From NCBI GenBank assembly GCA_963580875.1, contig CAUZMC010000001.1, positions 793-64,792 of the forward strand: a stretch of DNA of 64,000 nt, written 5' to 3'. How positions within the stretch are numbered: position 1 is the stretch's first letter; each line of letters starts with the position of its first letter. Shown here piece after piece: positions 39,648-49,793 of the stretch. Source of the DNA: Dehalococcoidia bacterium (lineage in GTDB: Bacteria; Chloroflexota; Dehalococcoidia; Lucifugimonadales; UBA2985). The position numbers and the translations under genes were made by a program. The notes under the pieces are model-generated. The model was given only the letters and a program-made list of their open reading frames with translations, searched no databases and had not been told where the DNA came from.

Positions 39648-40460
39648 CTAATCAATCCTGGTGCCGGAGGAGTGTCCCGCTACAAAATCTAGTAGAGAAT
39701 TACTTCTTCTCCCATCTAATATCTGGGCAACTCTAACCTTTTCTAGTGCACGCAAGCAAGCCTCTACCTTTGGTACCATGCCACCTGCAATTGTGCCTGA
39801 ACTTATTAAATCGGTTACTTGAGCTGAGGTGAGTTTGTTAATAACGTTGCGGTTAGAGTCCATTACCCCTTCCACATCGGTTAGAAAGACCATTGACTCT
39901 GCCTGTAGTGTGCGTGCTATCTCACCAGCGGCGGTATCACCGTTGATGTTTAATAGAGCTCCGCTGTGCTCCGAGGAATCTATGACATGAATGGCCACAG
40001 GCGCTATTACTGGTATGTATCCAGAGGTTAGGGCCTGGTGGATGGGAGCAGTGTCTACCTGTGTAATTTTCCCCACGTACCCAAGCTCTGGGTCCAGGAT
40101 TTCTGCTTGAAGCATTCCCCCATCTACACCACTCATTCCGATTGCTTTTCCTCCTAGTCTTTGAATGGAGGCCACCAAGTTCTTGTTTACAAGTCCAGCC
40201 AGTGTTGCAGCTACAATTTCCATGCTTGTGGCATCGGTAATCCTGAGGCCATTTACGAAGTGAGCGAGTGCGCCCTGCTTCTCCATCCATTGAGAGATTA
40301 CCTGCCCACCACCGTGAATTACCACCGGAACCTCACCCTGCTGTTGCAGCGCAACAAGATCCTGTATTGTGGTGTCTTTATTGCTTAAAACGCTTCCTCC
40401 TATCTTGATTACCAAGGTAGGAGGAAGGTGTACATCAGGAGTCAAGCTACTCTTTTCCAT
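39648..40460 (-). CDS. argB: Acetylglutamate kinase
   Basis: Motifs 'IKIGGS', 'VVIHGGG' and 'NINGDTAA'. Confidence 0.93.
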   Translation of the reverse strand: MEKSSLTPDVHLPPTLVIKIGGSVLSNKDTTIQDLVALQQQGEVPVVIHGGGQVISQWMEKQGALAHFVNGLRITDATSMEIVAATLAGLVNKNLVASIQRLGGKAIGMSGVDGGMLQAEILDPELGYVGKITQVDTAPIHQALTSGYIPVIAPVAIHVIDSSEHSGALLNINGDTAAGEIARTLQAESMVFLTDVEGVMDSNRNVINKLTSAQVTDLISSGTIAGGMVPKVEACLRALEKVRVAQILDGRRSNSLLDFVAGHSSGTRID

Positions 40461-40533
40461 TTATCGATTTCATGACGTGGTTTTTAGGCTACCGCTGTGA
40501 TGCTCCCTAGGAGGGCTGCACAGCGGGCACGTA

Positions 40534-41757
40534 TCACGTGGTGTAAGCGCTGTTGAAGGTGACGTACTCTTCGCTGATATCGCAGCCCCAAGCGGTTGCA
40601 GATGCGGTGCCAAGGTTAAGATTAAGGCGTATGCTAATTTCAGGCCCAGTCATGGTTAAGACCACCGCGTCTTTGAAGTATGGTATGGGGCGGCCCTCTT
40701 CCATAATACATACATCACTGATGTAGAGAGCTATTAGGTTCTCTACAAGTTCAGCGCCGCTGTATCCAAGTGCAACAATGATGCGACCCCAGTTGGGGTC
40801 ACCGCCGTGGATGGCGGACTTGACCAAGGTGGAAGCGGCCACGGCTCTAGCGGCGGCCCTAGCATCGCTCTCTGTTACAGCGCCTTCTACAGTGACATTT
40901 ACCAGCTTGGAAGCACCTTCGCCGTCTCTGGCTATCTCTCTTGCCAACGCGATGGATACTTCATTTAGTGCGTGCATGAAGGCTTCTTCGCCCGGACTGC
41001 CAGATGTAATGGTATCTCCACCGGCGGCTCCATTTGCCATAATAATAACGCTGTCATTTGTGCTTGTATCACCGTCGATGGTAATCATATTGAATGATGC
41101 ATCAACTGATTTAGAGAGGGATTTCTGAAGGAATTTTTGCTCAACTGGTGCATCTGTTGTCATGAAGGCTAGCATAGTCGCCATGTTGGGGTGGATCATT
41201 CCGGAACCCTTGGAAATGCCTCCAAGTATGTAGGTGTTCTCTCCAATATTGAAGGAAACTGCGAATTCTTTTGATATGGTATCCGTGGTCCGAATTGCCC
41301 GGCCCAGTGCATGTCCTCCGTTTTCGTCTGCGGTTAGCTGCACTTTGGGTACACCGTTGCGGATTAATGCCATTGGTAGCTCAACTCCTATAAGTCCGGT
41401 GCTACAGGCAAGGACAAGTTCTGGGTCAATGCCCAGGTGATTTGCTGCTATGTCAGCCATTTCCAAGGCATCTGTCATTCCTTGATCGCCTACGCAAGCA
41501 TTGGCTATTCCGCTATTGATGATTATTGCCTGTGCGTATCCAGAAGCCACTCTGCGCTGGTCAAGGACAACAGACGGTGATTTGATTTGATTTGTGGTGA
41601 AAGTTCCCGCGACAGTGCAGCGTGTCTCAGAGCTGACGATGCCAAGATCTAGCTTATCCTTGGTGTATGTCCTGATGCCTGAATAGGTTGCTCCTGCTAA
41701 GAACCCCTTTGCAGACGTTATTGTGCCATCTTTCAACCACTTCAACTCTACGTTCAC
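40534..41757 (-). CDS. argJ: Bifunctional ornithine acetyltransferase / N-acetylglutamate synthase
   Basis: Motifs 'ITSAKGFLAGATYSGIR' and the autoprocessing site 'HPNMATMLAF'. The track ORF (to 41874) is trimmed. The start is GTG 41757 or TTG 41745, the latter with GAGGTGA upstream. Confidence 0.9.
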   Translation of the reverse strand: MNVELKWLKDGTITSAKGFLAGATYSGIRTYTKDKLDLGIVSSETRCTVAGTFTTNQIKSPSVVLDQRRVASGYAQAIIINSGIANACVGDQGMTDALEMADIAANHLGIDPELVLACSTGLIGVELPMALIRNGVPKVQLTADENGGHALGRAIRTTDTISKEFAVSFNIGENTYILGGISKGSGMIHPNMATMLAFMTTDAPVEQKFLQKSLSKSVDASFNMITIDGDTSTNDSVIIMANGAAGGDTITSGSPGEEAFMHALNEVSIALAREIARDGEGASKLVNVTVEGAVTESDARAAARAVAASTLVKSAIHGGDPNWGRIIVALGYSGAELVENLIALYISDVCIMEEGRPIPYFKDAVVLTMTGPEISIRLNLNLGTASATAWGCDISEEYVTFNSAYTT

Positions 41758-42228
41758 CTCGAGTAATCTATATATTGCGTGGAACTGATACCAGTATAAC
41801 ACTATACTAGGCACAACAAAAGATGCGAGGAGAGATATACATACGCATCTTTTGAGAGCGCAATGTGGCTTCATTCATCAGAAAACATGGGAAGTGATAT
41901 GCTTCTGTTTAGAATTCGCCCCCTCAGCGCGAAATTTCTCTTGGATGACTATAAACATAGCCTTGGTGTGCGAAGAGTATTATGTGTAGATCTACACTAT
42001 CTGCGTGAGCAGATTGCGATAGACGGACAGGATTTGGCGTGAGATATGTTCCAACAAGGATTTCCGGTCTGATATAAGAATGTCAAGGAGCACTACGTTT
42101 ACAGCAGTGAATTTTCTTTGCCGCCGCGTTGCTTTAATGCGGAGTGTCAAACAGATCTTGGGAAACATATGAGAGTGACACACCAAGAAAGGCAATCACA
42201 TCAACGATGAACAATCCCTTAGCCGGGT

Positions 42229-43608
42229 TCACTCCATCTCCACTGTTCCTGCTTTTCTTTCCAGTTCTTTCTGAAGTCTCCGAAGCCTGCTGCTCAATCT
42301 AACTGGATATTTGTCGGCTTTCTTCAGGCTCTTGAATCTGTCATCTAGGGCCGAAAAATCCTGTTGAAAGCGTTCTCTTATCTCCGGTAAAGATGGCAAG
42401 GGCTTTGTTATTTTGCCCTCTCCCATGAAGGTTTCCAAAAGGGCATCAGCTCTGGGTTCCGGAAGCTGATCATCTGCAAGGCCGATGACATCACCGCTCA
42501 GTTGCCCTTTTGAGTCCATGAGCCGGAACACTTGTTTCTCATCTGCCAGTGATATTTTCCCAGTGCTGAGCTTGAGGACTGGCCGTTCGTCATACTTTAC
42601 AAGCTTGTAGGCCATGTCCAGCCAGGGAGCATCTCCAGAGACACCCATGCGTGTTCCAATACCAAAGCCATCTATGGGAGCATCCGCTGCCACTAGCCTC
42701 TCTACCTCAAACTCGTCCAGCCCTCCACTGGCGAGGATGGTTACGTATCCAAGCTCCGCTTCATCCAAGATTTTTCGTACCTGTCGACTCAGCTCGATGA
42801 GGTCGCCGCTGTCTAGCCGTACGCCTCTCAGTCTGTTTCCCTTGGACTCCATTTCATGGGCGACCACGACGGCTTTGTGCGCTCCAGCGACTGTATTGTA
42901 GGTGTCAATGAGAAGAACGGTGGTCTCAGGGAAGCTCTTGGCAAATGCTCTGAAGGATTCCAATTCATTCTCGAAGCTGGTGACGTATGAGTGAGCCATG
43001 GTCCCAGTTACAGGTATACCGTATGTTTTCCCGGCTAGGACGTTGCTGGTCGATTGGAAACCAACTATGTAGCTGGATCTTGCTGCTTTCATGCCCGCGT
43101 CTACTCCGTGTGTGCGTCTCAGTGAGAAATCAGACACAGACCTATTTCCGGCTGACCAAAAACACCGAGCCGCCTTGGTAGCAACCACGCTCTGGAGGTT
43201 GAGTTGATTTATGACCAAGGTCTCTACCAGCTGCGCTTCGATTATAGGCGCTGTGACCTCCAGCATAGGTTCGCCATAGAAGCAGAGGCGTCCCTCAGGA
43301 ATTGCGCGGACATTTCCTGTGAATCGAAGATGGCACAGATAATCCAGGAATTCGCTGGCAAATATCCCGGTGGAGTGTAGGTAATCAATGGCTGCCGACG
43401 AAACGGAGAACGCCTCCAGGTAGTTCAACACATCTTCCAGGCCGGCGGCTACAAGGTAGGGTCGATTGACTCTGGATTGGCGCACGAACAGACTGAAGGT
43501 GCCAGGAGCGAACATCTGCTCTTGCATGTAGCTCTGTGCCATAGTCAACTCGTAGAGGTCCGTGAATAATGCCGTTTCTTCAGGGGAGAGTGAGCCAGGC
43601 CTGTTCAT
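42229..43608 (-). CDS. pncB: Nicotinate phosphoribosyltransferase
   Basis: Motifs 'LFTDLYELTMAQSY' and 'GTMAHSY' on a type II PRTase barrel of about 460 aa. Confidence 0.88.
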   Translation of the reverse strand: MNRPGSLSPEETALFTDLYELTMAQSYMQEQMFAPGTFSLFVRQSRVNRPYLVAAGLEDVLNYLEAFSVSSAAIDYLHSTGIFASEFLDYLCHLRFTGNVRAIPEGRLCFYGEPMLEVTAPIIEAQLVETLVINQLNLQSVVATKAARCFWSAGNRSVSDFSLRRTHGVDAGMKAARSSYIVGFQSTSNVLAGKTYGIPVTGTMAHSYVTSFENELESFRAFAKSFPETTVLLIDTYNTVAGAHKAVVVAHEMESKGNRLRGVRLDSGDLIELSRQVRKILDEAELGYVTILASGGLDEFEVERLVAADAPIDGFGIGTRMGVSGDAPWLDMAYKLVKYDERPVLKLSTGKISLADEKQVFRLMDSKGQLSGDVIGLADDQLPEPRADALLETFMGEGKITKPLPSLPEIRERFQQDFSALDDRFKSLKKADKYPVRLSSRLRRLQKELERKAGTVEME

Positions 43609-43885
43609 GTAGTTGTCTCTTCCAGTGTCTATTTGTTGGTATCTATCAGCTTGCTTGAGTTAAGTTTACGGATATGAGTTATATCCGTCAAAGGTTGATA
43701 TCGTATATGCTTGCACAATGAAATTGGCGTATAGATCTCCCTCGGCACTTCTTTCTATAGTAGAATCCCATCAGGAATAATTGCGACAGTGCAGGTCACT
43801 ATACGCATCATCTTTAATGGAGTACTTTAAAGTGCTTATAAATACTTATTATTGCATGTTTGTGCAGCCCAACGTTTAGAGTAAA

Positions 43886-46051
43886 TTGATACCGCTGAAG
43901 CTATCGCTAAAAAATTTCCTTTCCTATCGCGATAGAGCACCAGTCCTTGATCTGGAGGGTGTGCATGTTGCTTGCCTATGCGGCGATAATGGCCACGGTA
44001 AATCGGCCTTATTGGATGCAATAACCTGGGTCCTTTGGGGTACCGCTAGGGCTAGGGTTCAGGAAGAGTTGGTCTATCAGGGCGAAAGCGACATGATGGT
44101 TGACCTTGAGTTCCAGGCTGGTGACGGTCGTTACTGGGTGTCCAGGAGGTTTGCACGTCCCACAAGGGGCCGTCAGGGGGCCACGTTTCTGGAGCTTTTT
44201 CACTCCACCGAAGAGAGTTTCCAGCCGATTACAGGTAACTCCGTGCGAGAGACAGAGGCAAAAATTCGATCGTTGCTCCGCATGGACTATGACACCTTTG
44301 TCAACAGCGCATTCATTCTTCAGGGCAGGGCTGATATGTTCACTACAAGTACGCCATCAAAGCGCAAGGAGCTTCTTGGTGAGGTACTCAACCTATCCTG
44401 GTACGAACGTTTGGCAGAGAAGACCAGAGCACAGGCCAGGGAGAGAGATGCCTCAGTGAGAATGCTGGAAGCTGATATAGGGACCATAGATGGTGAGATA
44501 TCACGCAAAGAAGGATATCAGGCTCAGATGGGCATAATAACGGGAGAGTTGGCAGTTTTGGACACTGATGTACGTGGTCGAGAATCCAGGCTTGATGCCC
44601 TTCAGGCGGAAATCCACCGACTCCAAACCTTGAAGCAAGAGTTGAGTGGATTGGAACTAGAAGAAAAGCGAGTTTTTGAGGAACTGAGAGGACGGGAGTC
44701 ACGGTTGAGATTACAAAGGAAGCGAGTTGAGGAGATTATGGTCGATGCCGAGCGCTTGCCTAAGCTGGAATTTGAGCTTATACAACTTCGCATCTTCTTG
44801 GATGAACTGTCCACTCCTTCCCAGGAAACTGATCAGCAAAGGATACAAGTCCGAGAATTTCAATCTCAGGTTCTTCATCTTAGACAAATCAATTTGGGGT
44901 TGAAAGCGGAGATGGATGATCTTAGAGTGAAGGTGGACCTCCTTCACGAGGCCAGTGGGCCGGACGGGATCGGGGCCAGTTGTCCTCTATGCGGTGAGGA
45001 CCTAGGCGAAGAAGGGTGTCAACATCTTGCTGCCAACTACGAGTCACAGGGAAGACAGAAGGCTGCCAGCCATCGTGAGAACGATGTCTCCATAACTCGG
45101 ATGGAAACTGAGAGAATAAAGATGGAACAGGAATTCGCGAAAATGGAATCCGAATTCATAGATATTCGTAAGAAAGAGGAAGATCGTCGTGACTCCCTGT
45201 TCAGAGCGGTTGAGGGGGCTAGGGCCGCTGGGGACATGGCCGATCAACTTACTGACGCTCTGGAATCTGAGGAAGCGCTGTTGCAAGTGAACCACCAGCG
45301 CTTGCAGGAAGTGCAATTGGCCATGCCTTCACTGAAAGGAGCGCTTGTCTTGCTATCTGGCATTCTGGATTCTCAGAACGAGGAGAAATCACATTTGGCT
45401 GCTTTAAGGGTGCGGCAAGGACGTCTTCTCGAAGATAGTGGTGTGGTGCATGGCCAACTGGAAAGGTGCCGTGAGCTTGAGCTTAGGCGTGTGGAAAAAG
45501 CTGAATCCCTAGGTGTATCCTCGCATCAGAAGGGGGTTTACGACCAGCTAGCGGTGGCATTCGGCAAGAGTGGAATACAGGCACTTTTGATTGAGCAGGC
45601 CCTTCCCGAGTTGGAGGACCAGGCCAACGATATTCTGGGTCGTGTTACAGATCATCGTATGAACTTGAAGTTGGAGAGTCAGCGAGAGAGGCGCGGAGGC
45701 GGAGATCCGAGAGAAACATTGGACATCAAGATTTCCGATGAGCTTGGCACACGCAGCTATGAAACATACAGCGGTGGCGAGGCCTTCCGCATAAACTTCG
45801 CCCTTCGCATTGCCCTTTCCAAACTTCTCGCCAACCGCTCAGGGGCACCGTTGCCTACCCTGTTTATAGATGAGGGGTTCGGTACACAGGACGCAGAGGG
45901 TTTGGAAAAGCTGGTGGAAGCCATAAATGCAATTCAGGGCGATTTCCAGAAGATAATCGTGATAACTCACATAGAAGAGCTGAAAGAGGCCTTTCCCGTA
46001 CGCATAGAGGTTACAAAGTCCAATGAAGGATCCACTTTTACTATAACCTAA
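43886..46051 (+). CDS. SbcC/Rad50-like SMC-family ATPase with a central zinc hook
   Basis: The N-terminus reads 'LKLSLKNFLSYRD....LCGDNGHGKSALLDAITWVLWG' (Walker A), followed by 'FVNSAFILQGRADMF'. Long heptad-rich coils flank the hook 'CPLCGEDL' (nt 44981-44992). The C-terminus carries the signature 'YSGGEAFRINFALRIALS' and Walker B 'LFIDEGFGTQD'. TTG start. Confidence 0.85.
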   Translation: MIPLKLSLKNFLSYRDRAPVLDLEGVHVACLCGDNGHGKSALLDAITWVLWGTARARVQEELVYQGESDMMVDLEFQAGDGRYWVSRRFARPTRGRQGATFLELFHSTEESFQPITGNSVRETEAKIRSLLRMDYDTFVNSAFILQGRADMFTTSTPSKRKELLGEVLNLSWYERLAEKTRAQARERDASVRMLEADIGTIDGEISRKEGYQAQMGIITGELAVLDTDVRGRESRLDALQAEIHRLQTLKQELSGLELEEKRVFEELRGRESRLRLQRKRVEEIMVDAERLPKLEFELIQLRIFLDELSTPSQETDQQRIQVREFQSQVLHLRQINLGLKAEMDDLRVKVDLLHEASGPDGIGASCPLCGEDLGEEGCQHLAANYESQGRQKAASHRENDVSITRMETERIKMEQEFAKMESEFIDIRKKEEDRRDSLFRAVEGARAAGDMADQLTDALESEEALLQVNHQRLQEVQLAMPSLKGALVLLSGILDSQNEEKSHLAALRVRQGRLLEDSGVVHGQLERCRELELRRVEKAESLGVSSHQKGVYDQLAVAFGKSGIQALLIEQALPELEDQANDILGRVTDHRMNLKLESQRERRGGGDPRETLDIKISDELGTRSYETYSGGEAFRINFALRIALSKLLANRSGAPLPTLFIDEGFGTQDAEGLEKLVEAINAIQGDFQKIIVITHIEELKEAFPVRIEVTKSNEGSTFTIT

Positions 46052-46088
46052 TGGTCTGTTAAACCCCCTCGGCAGGTATTTTGGCATC

Positions 46089-46355
46089 TCACTTCCTCAG
46101 CAAATTGACGAACTCAACGGTGTTATTGGGGCTTATTCCCTCAATTTGGCACAATCCATATGGTCGAGTTTCGATTATGATGTTGTTGTCTCTGGAGAAT
46201 GCCAGCCTCAGTCGTGGTTCCAGTAACGATCTCATCTGCACACACAATCCTCCATTGCCCACAAACACCAGATTCTCTAATGGATAAGTGAGGCGTAACG
46301 GCGCCAAAGATGATTTGCAGTTTTGACTATTTCTAGTAGATACCGGCTGCCTCAA
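46089..46355 (-). CDS. Doubtful ORF / possible gene remnant
   Basis: 88 codons with a non-ATG start, no recognisable motif and no clear RBS. It is listed only because it is the longest ORF in an otherwise empty 0.6-kb gap. Confidence 0.15.
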   Translation of the reverse strand: MRQPVSTRNSQNCKSSLAPLRLTYPLENLVFVGNGGLCVQMRSLLEPRLRLAFSRDNNIIIETRPYGLCQIEGISPNNTVEFVNLLRK

Positions 46356-46714
46356 AGTGGTTCACAGGTATAGAACACCTATGACAATTATCACAAAGAA
46401 TGTTCAGAAGCTTACCTCGTCGGTGTCTAGCAGCGTGACTACATCTGTAATACCTAGCTCTCCAGAATCAGTGTCGAGAGCTACTAGTAAAGCTTGAGTC
46501 GGAAGGTGATAGTGGATATGGCAAAAACATTCTCAATGTAACTGTACACAGAGATTATATTACAATTGACGCTGCGCGGGTTTTGCACTGCCACACACGT
46601 TGCTTTTAGCAGAGTACGTTAATCGAGTGCAACGCTTGTGAAAAGTGTGTGCAGGGACGCCATGCTGTCGTTGACAGCCATCCAGCGCCTTGCTATATTC
46701 GAATGGGAGTACTG

Positions 46715-47269
46715 ATGACCGCTTCTTTAAATGCAAAAAGAACTCAGACACTGCTCATATCTAGAGAGCAGATAGCATCGACAATCAATCGTATGGCTAA
46801 CCAGATACAGGAAGACTATCCCGTTGATATACCACTGCTGGTTGGTGTCCTAAAAGGCTCATTTGTATTCCTGGCCGACCTGATACGGCAGATGCAGCGA
46901 CCTGTGGAAATTGACTTCATTCGTCTCTCAAGTTATGGAGACGAGGTGCAATCGTCAGGCAATGTGAAGCTCAGCATGGGTGTCTCTAGTTCAATTAAAG
47001 GGAGAGAAGTTCTGGTTGTGGAGGATATAGTTGACACCGGATTAACCTCGTCCTATATATTTGGGTATTTGCGGAGAAAGGGCGCTTCATCTGTGAAGCT
47101 TTGCACTTTGTTGGATAAGCCCTCTCGCAGACAGGTGTCTGTGACCCCTGACTACCTGGGTTTCACTGTGCCAAACGAGTTTATGGTTGGTTATGGTTTG
47201 GACTTCGAACAGCAATATCGCCATCTACCAGACATTCATGTTCTTGATGGAAGTGCTCATGAGTCTTAA
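46715..47269 (+). CDS. hpt: Hypoxanthine phosphoribosyltransferase
   Basis: The PRPP motif 'VLVVEDIVDTGLT' and 'L.DK..RR' are present. Trimmed to ATG 46715 with GGAG upstream. Confidence 0.9.
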   Translation: MTASLNAKRTQTLLISREQIASTINRMANQIQEDYPVDIPLLVGVLKGSFVFLADLIRQMQRPVEIDFIRLSSYGDEVQSSGNVKLSMGVSSSIKGREVLVVEDIVDTGLTSSYIFGYLRRKGASSVKLCTLLDKPSRRQVSVTPDYLGFTVPNEFMVGYGLDFEQQYRHLPDIHVLDGSAHES

Positions 47270-48968
47270 AGGCCTCATAGAAGTGGCGCGCGGAGATGCC
47301 AGAGCTGACTTGATGTTTTCCAATGCTAGAATCGTGAACACATTCACTGGTGAGATTGAAGAGAACGACGTAGCCGTGTATCAGGGTCGTGTGGCGGGCA
47401 TCGGCGATTACAAAGAAGCGCGACGGGTTATTGACCTCGGCGGTAAATACCTGGTACCTGGATTCATAGACGGCCACTTTCATCTGGAGAGCAGCTATCT
47501 TCATGTAGACCAGTTTGCCAGGGCTGTGGTGCCAAGAGGCACATTGGCAGCTGTCACTGATCTTCATGAGGTGACCAACGTGTCCGGCCTTGATGGCATG
47601 AGATATATAATGGACTGTGCTCGTAAGGTTCCGGTAGACCTTTTTTTTGTAGCTCCGTCCTGCGTGCCATCCACATCAATGGAGACATCAGGGTTCACAC
47701 TGGAGCCATCTGACATTCGCAAAGCACTGCGATGGAAACGGGTCATTGGACTAGGTGAATTGATGAACTTTCCAGGAGTGATAAATGCCGACCCTCACGT
47801 CCTTGAGAAGATCAAAGCAGCTAGTGGACTACCAAAAGACGGACACGCCCCGCGTGTGCGTGGCAAGGCTCTCAACGCGTACCTTGCACCAATAATCGGC
47901 TCAGATCACGAGTCTACTGAGTACGATGAGGGCCTTGAGAAGCTGCGACGTGGTATGCGTCTTATGATAAGAGAAGGTTCATCTGAGAAGAACCTGGAAG
48001 AACTGCTCCCCCTGGTCAATGATGGCAATTATCACCGTTGCATGCTAGTTGTTGATGACCGCAGCGCACTGGATATTCTGGAAGAGGGTGATGTGGACGC
48101 CGTGGTGCGTAAGGCCATTCGACTAGGCTTAGACCCTGTCAGGGCTATTCAGATGGCCTCACTCAATGTGGCAGAGTACTTTCGGCTGGAGGGTCTTGGT
48201 GGTATAGCTCCCGGCTACTACGCCAACATGATGGTCGTCGGTGACCTGAAGGAATTGGATATTCAGCAGGTGTATTACAGGGGTCGTTTGGTGGCCGAGA
48301 ACGGGAAACCTTTATTCACTCCAAATATACCTACAAATGAGGCCATAACCCGTACCATGCATGTTAAACCATTTACTAAAGTAGATCTAGCGCTGACAGC
48401 AGGTGACGCTGCGACATTCCCTGTGATTGAGATTGTTCCTGGGCAAATTGTGACCCGCAGGCTGGATCAGCGTCCTAGCCGAAGCAATGGCACTGTGATT
48501 GCTGATGCCGCTAAGGACATGCTCAAGCTGGTGGTGGTTGAGCGTCACCATGCCACTGGCAACATCGGTATAGGATTGGTTAAGGGCTTTGGCTTGAAGA
48601 AAGGGGCCATAGCCACCTCTGTTGCCCACGACTCCCACAACATAGTTGTTGCAGGAGTGTCAGATGACGATATCTATGCTGCCATCAAAGAGGTGGAGGT
48701 CAATCAGGGTGGTCTTGCGGTGGCCGCGGATGGTAAAATTCTAGCTTCACTCCCACTGCCAATTGCTGGCCTCCTCTCGCAGGAACCTCTTGAGACTGTG
48801 GCTGCGAAAATAAAGGAAATGGAACGCTTGACCAGGGATCTGGGTTGTCAGGTTCCATCGCCATTTTCTGTTCTCTCATTCCTGGCTTTGCCGGTTATAC
48901 CTGAACTGAAGCTGACAGATATGGGTCTGGTGGACGTGATGGCGGCCAAACTTCTGGATGTGGGGTAG
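47259..48968 (+). CDS. ade: Adenine deaminase
   Basis: Motif 'LVPGFIDGHFHLESS', 'GSDHES', and a length of about 570 aa with the typical C-terminal domain. Trimmed to ATG 47259, which overlaps the end of hpt by 11 nt. Confidence 0.88.
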   Translation: MSLKGLIEVARGDARADLMFSNARIVNTFTGEIEENDVAVYQGRVAGIGDYKEARRVIDLGGKYLVPGFIDGHFHLESSYLHVDQFARAVVPRGTLAAVTDLHEVTNVSGLDGMRYIMDCARKVPVDLFFVAPSCVPSTSMETSGFTLEPSDIRKALRWKRVIGLGELMNFPGVINADPHVLEKIKAASGLPKDGHAPRVRGKALNAYLAPIIGSDHESTEYDEGLEKLRRGMRLMIREGSSEKNLEELLPLVNDGNYHRCMLVVDDRSALDILEEGDVDAVVRKAIRLGLDPVRAIQMASLNVAEYFRLEGLGGIAPGYYANMMVVGDLKELDIQQVYYRGRLVAENGKPLFTPNIPTNEAITRTMHVKPFTKVDLALTAGDAATFPVIEIVPGQIVTRRLDQRPSRSNGTVIADAAKDMLKLVVVERHHATGNIGIGLVKGFGLKKGAIATSVAHDSHNIVVAGVSDDDIYAAIKEVEVNQGGLAVAADGKILASLPLPIAGLLSQEPLETVAAKIKEMERLTRDLGCQVPSPFSVLSFLALPVIPELKLTDMGLVDVMAAKLLDVG

Positions 48969-48974
48969 GCACTC

Positions 48975-49718
48975 ATGCGCAATATTGAAGCCGTTACATT
49001 CGACCTGTGGCAGACTCTCATAATGGACGATCGCGAGCTTGGCAGGGCCAGAACGCGGAGGCGCCTGGAAGGATCTCTGGAAGCTCTCACAGACGCTGGC
49101 TATGATTTTTCATTTGATCAGCTACAAGAGGCTTACCGCAGCTGTTTCAGGGCATGTCGCCTCATTCACTCCGAAGAGAAGGATGTAACCTTCGACGAGC
49201 AGGTTGAAATGTTCATAAACAACATAGATAATGGCCTGTCCCAGCGCTTGAACAGCCAGGTGGTGGAACAGATCACCTACTGGTATGCGGAGGCATTCTT
49301 TGAATTTCCTCCCCCCGTTGCACCGGAGGCGTACAAGGTGTTGGAGGATGTGAGGGGAATGGGGTACCGTGTTGCCTTAATCTCCAACACTGGCATGACG
49401 CCAGGCAGATTGTTTAGAAGATACCTGGCGCAGCAAGGTATCTTAGATTTTTTCCATGTCCTCACATTCTCTGACGAGGTGAAGCTATGCAAACCTTCTA
49501 CGGAGATGTTCCATATGACGTTACAAGAACTGGGAACTACTCCAGACAAGACTGTCCATCTGGGAGATCACATTCAGAATGATGTTCTAGGGGCCAACCG
49601 AGCTGGCATGACGAGCGTGCTTTTGGGAACAGCCGAAGGCCAGGAGAAGGTGGCCGACCCTTATCTGCAAGTCCTGACTCTTGGCGAGTTTCCCAAGGCA
49701 CTGGAGACATTGTTCTAG
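48975..49718 (+). CDS. HAD-superfamily hydrolase (subfamily IA-like)
   Basis: Motif I is 'VTFDLWQTL' (the second Asp is replaced, as in haloacid-dehalogenase-type members). Motif II is 'LISNT', and motifs III/IV are 'K....F' and 'LGDHIQNDVLGA'. Confidence 0.75.
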   Translation: MRNIEAVTFDLWQTLIMDDRELGRARTRRRLEGSLEALTDAGYDFSFDQLQEAYRSCFRACRLIHSEEKDVTFDEQVEMFINNIDNGLSQRLNSQVVEQITYWYAEAFFEFPPPVAPEAYKVLEDVRGMGYRVALISNTGMTPGRLFRRYLAQQGILDFFHVLTFSDEVKLCKPSTEMFHMTLQELGTTPDKTVHLGDHIQNDVLGANRAGMTSVLLGTAEGQEKVADPYLQVLTLGEFPKALETLF

Positions 49719-49793
49719 TAAACTCCATCTTGTAGGTTGCAAGTGAAGCAGTGTTGAATGCGCTGGGTGTCTAGAATAAGATAGCCTAAGGTT

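Noticed and set aside
41992-42195. 67-aa ORF between pncB and argJ.
   Set aside because: It has no RBS and no motif, and its basic, low-complexity sequence suggests intergenic noise.
42229-43608. A functional link between the NAD-salvage gene pncB and the TIR (potential NADase) gene on the same strand.
   Set aside because: The genes are about 9 kb and eight genes apart, with a ~470-nt gap after pncB. TIR NADases release nicotinamide, which would also need PncA. Co-orientation alone is not evidence.
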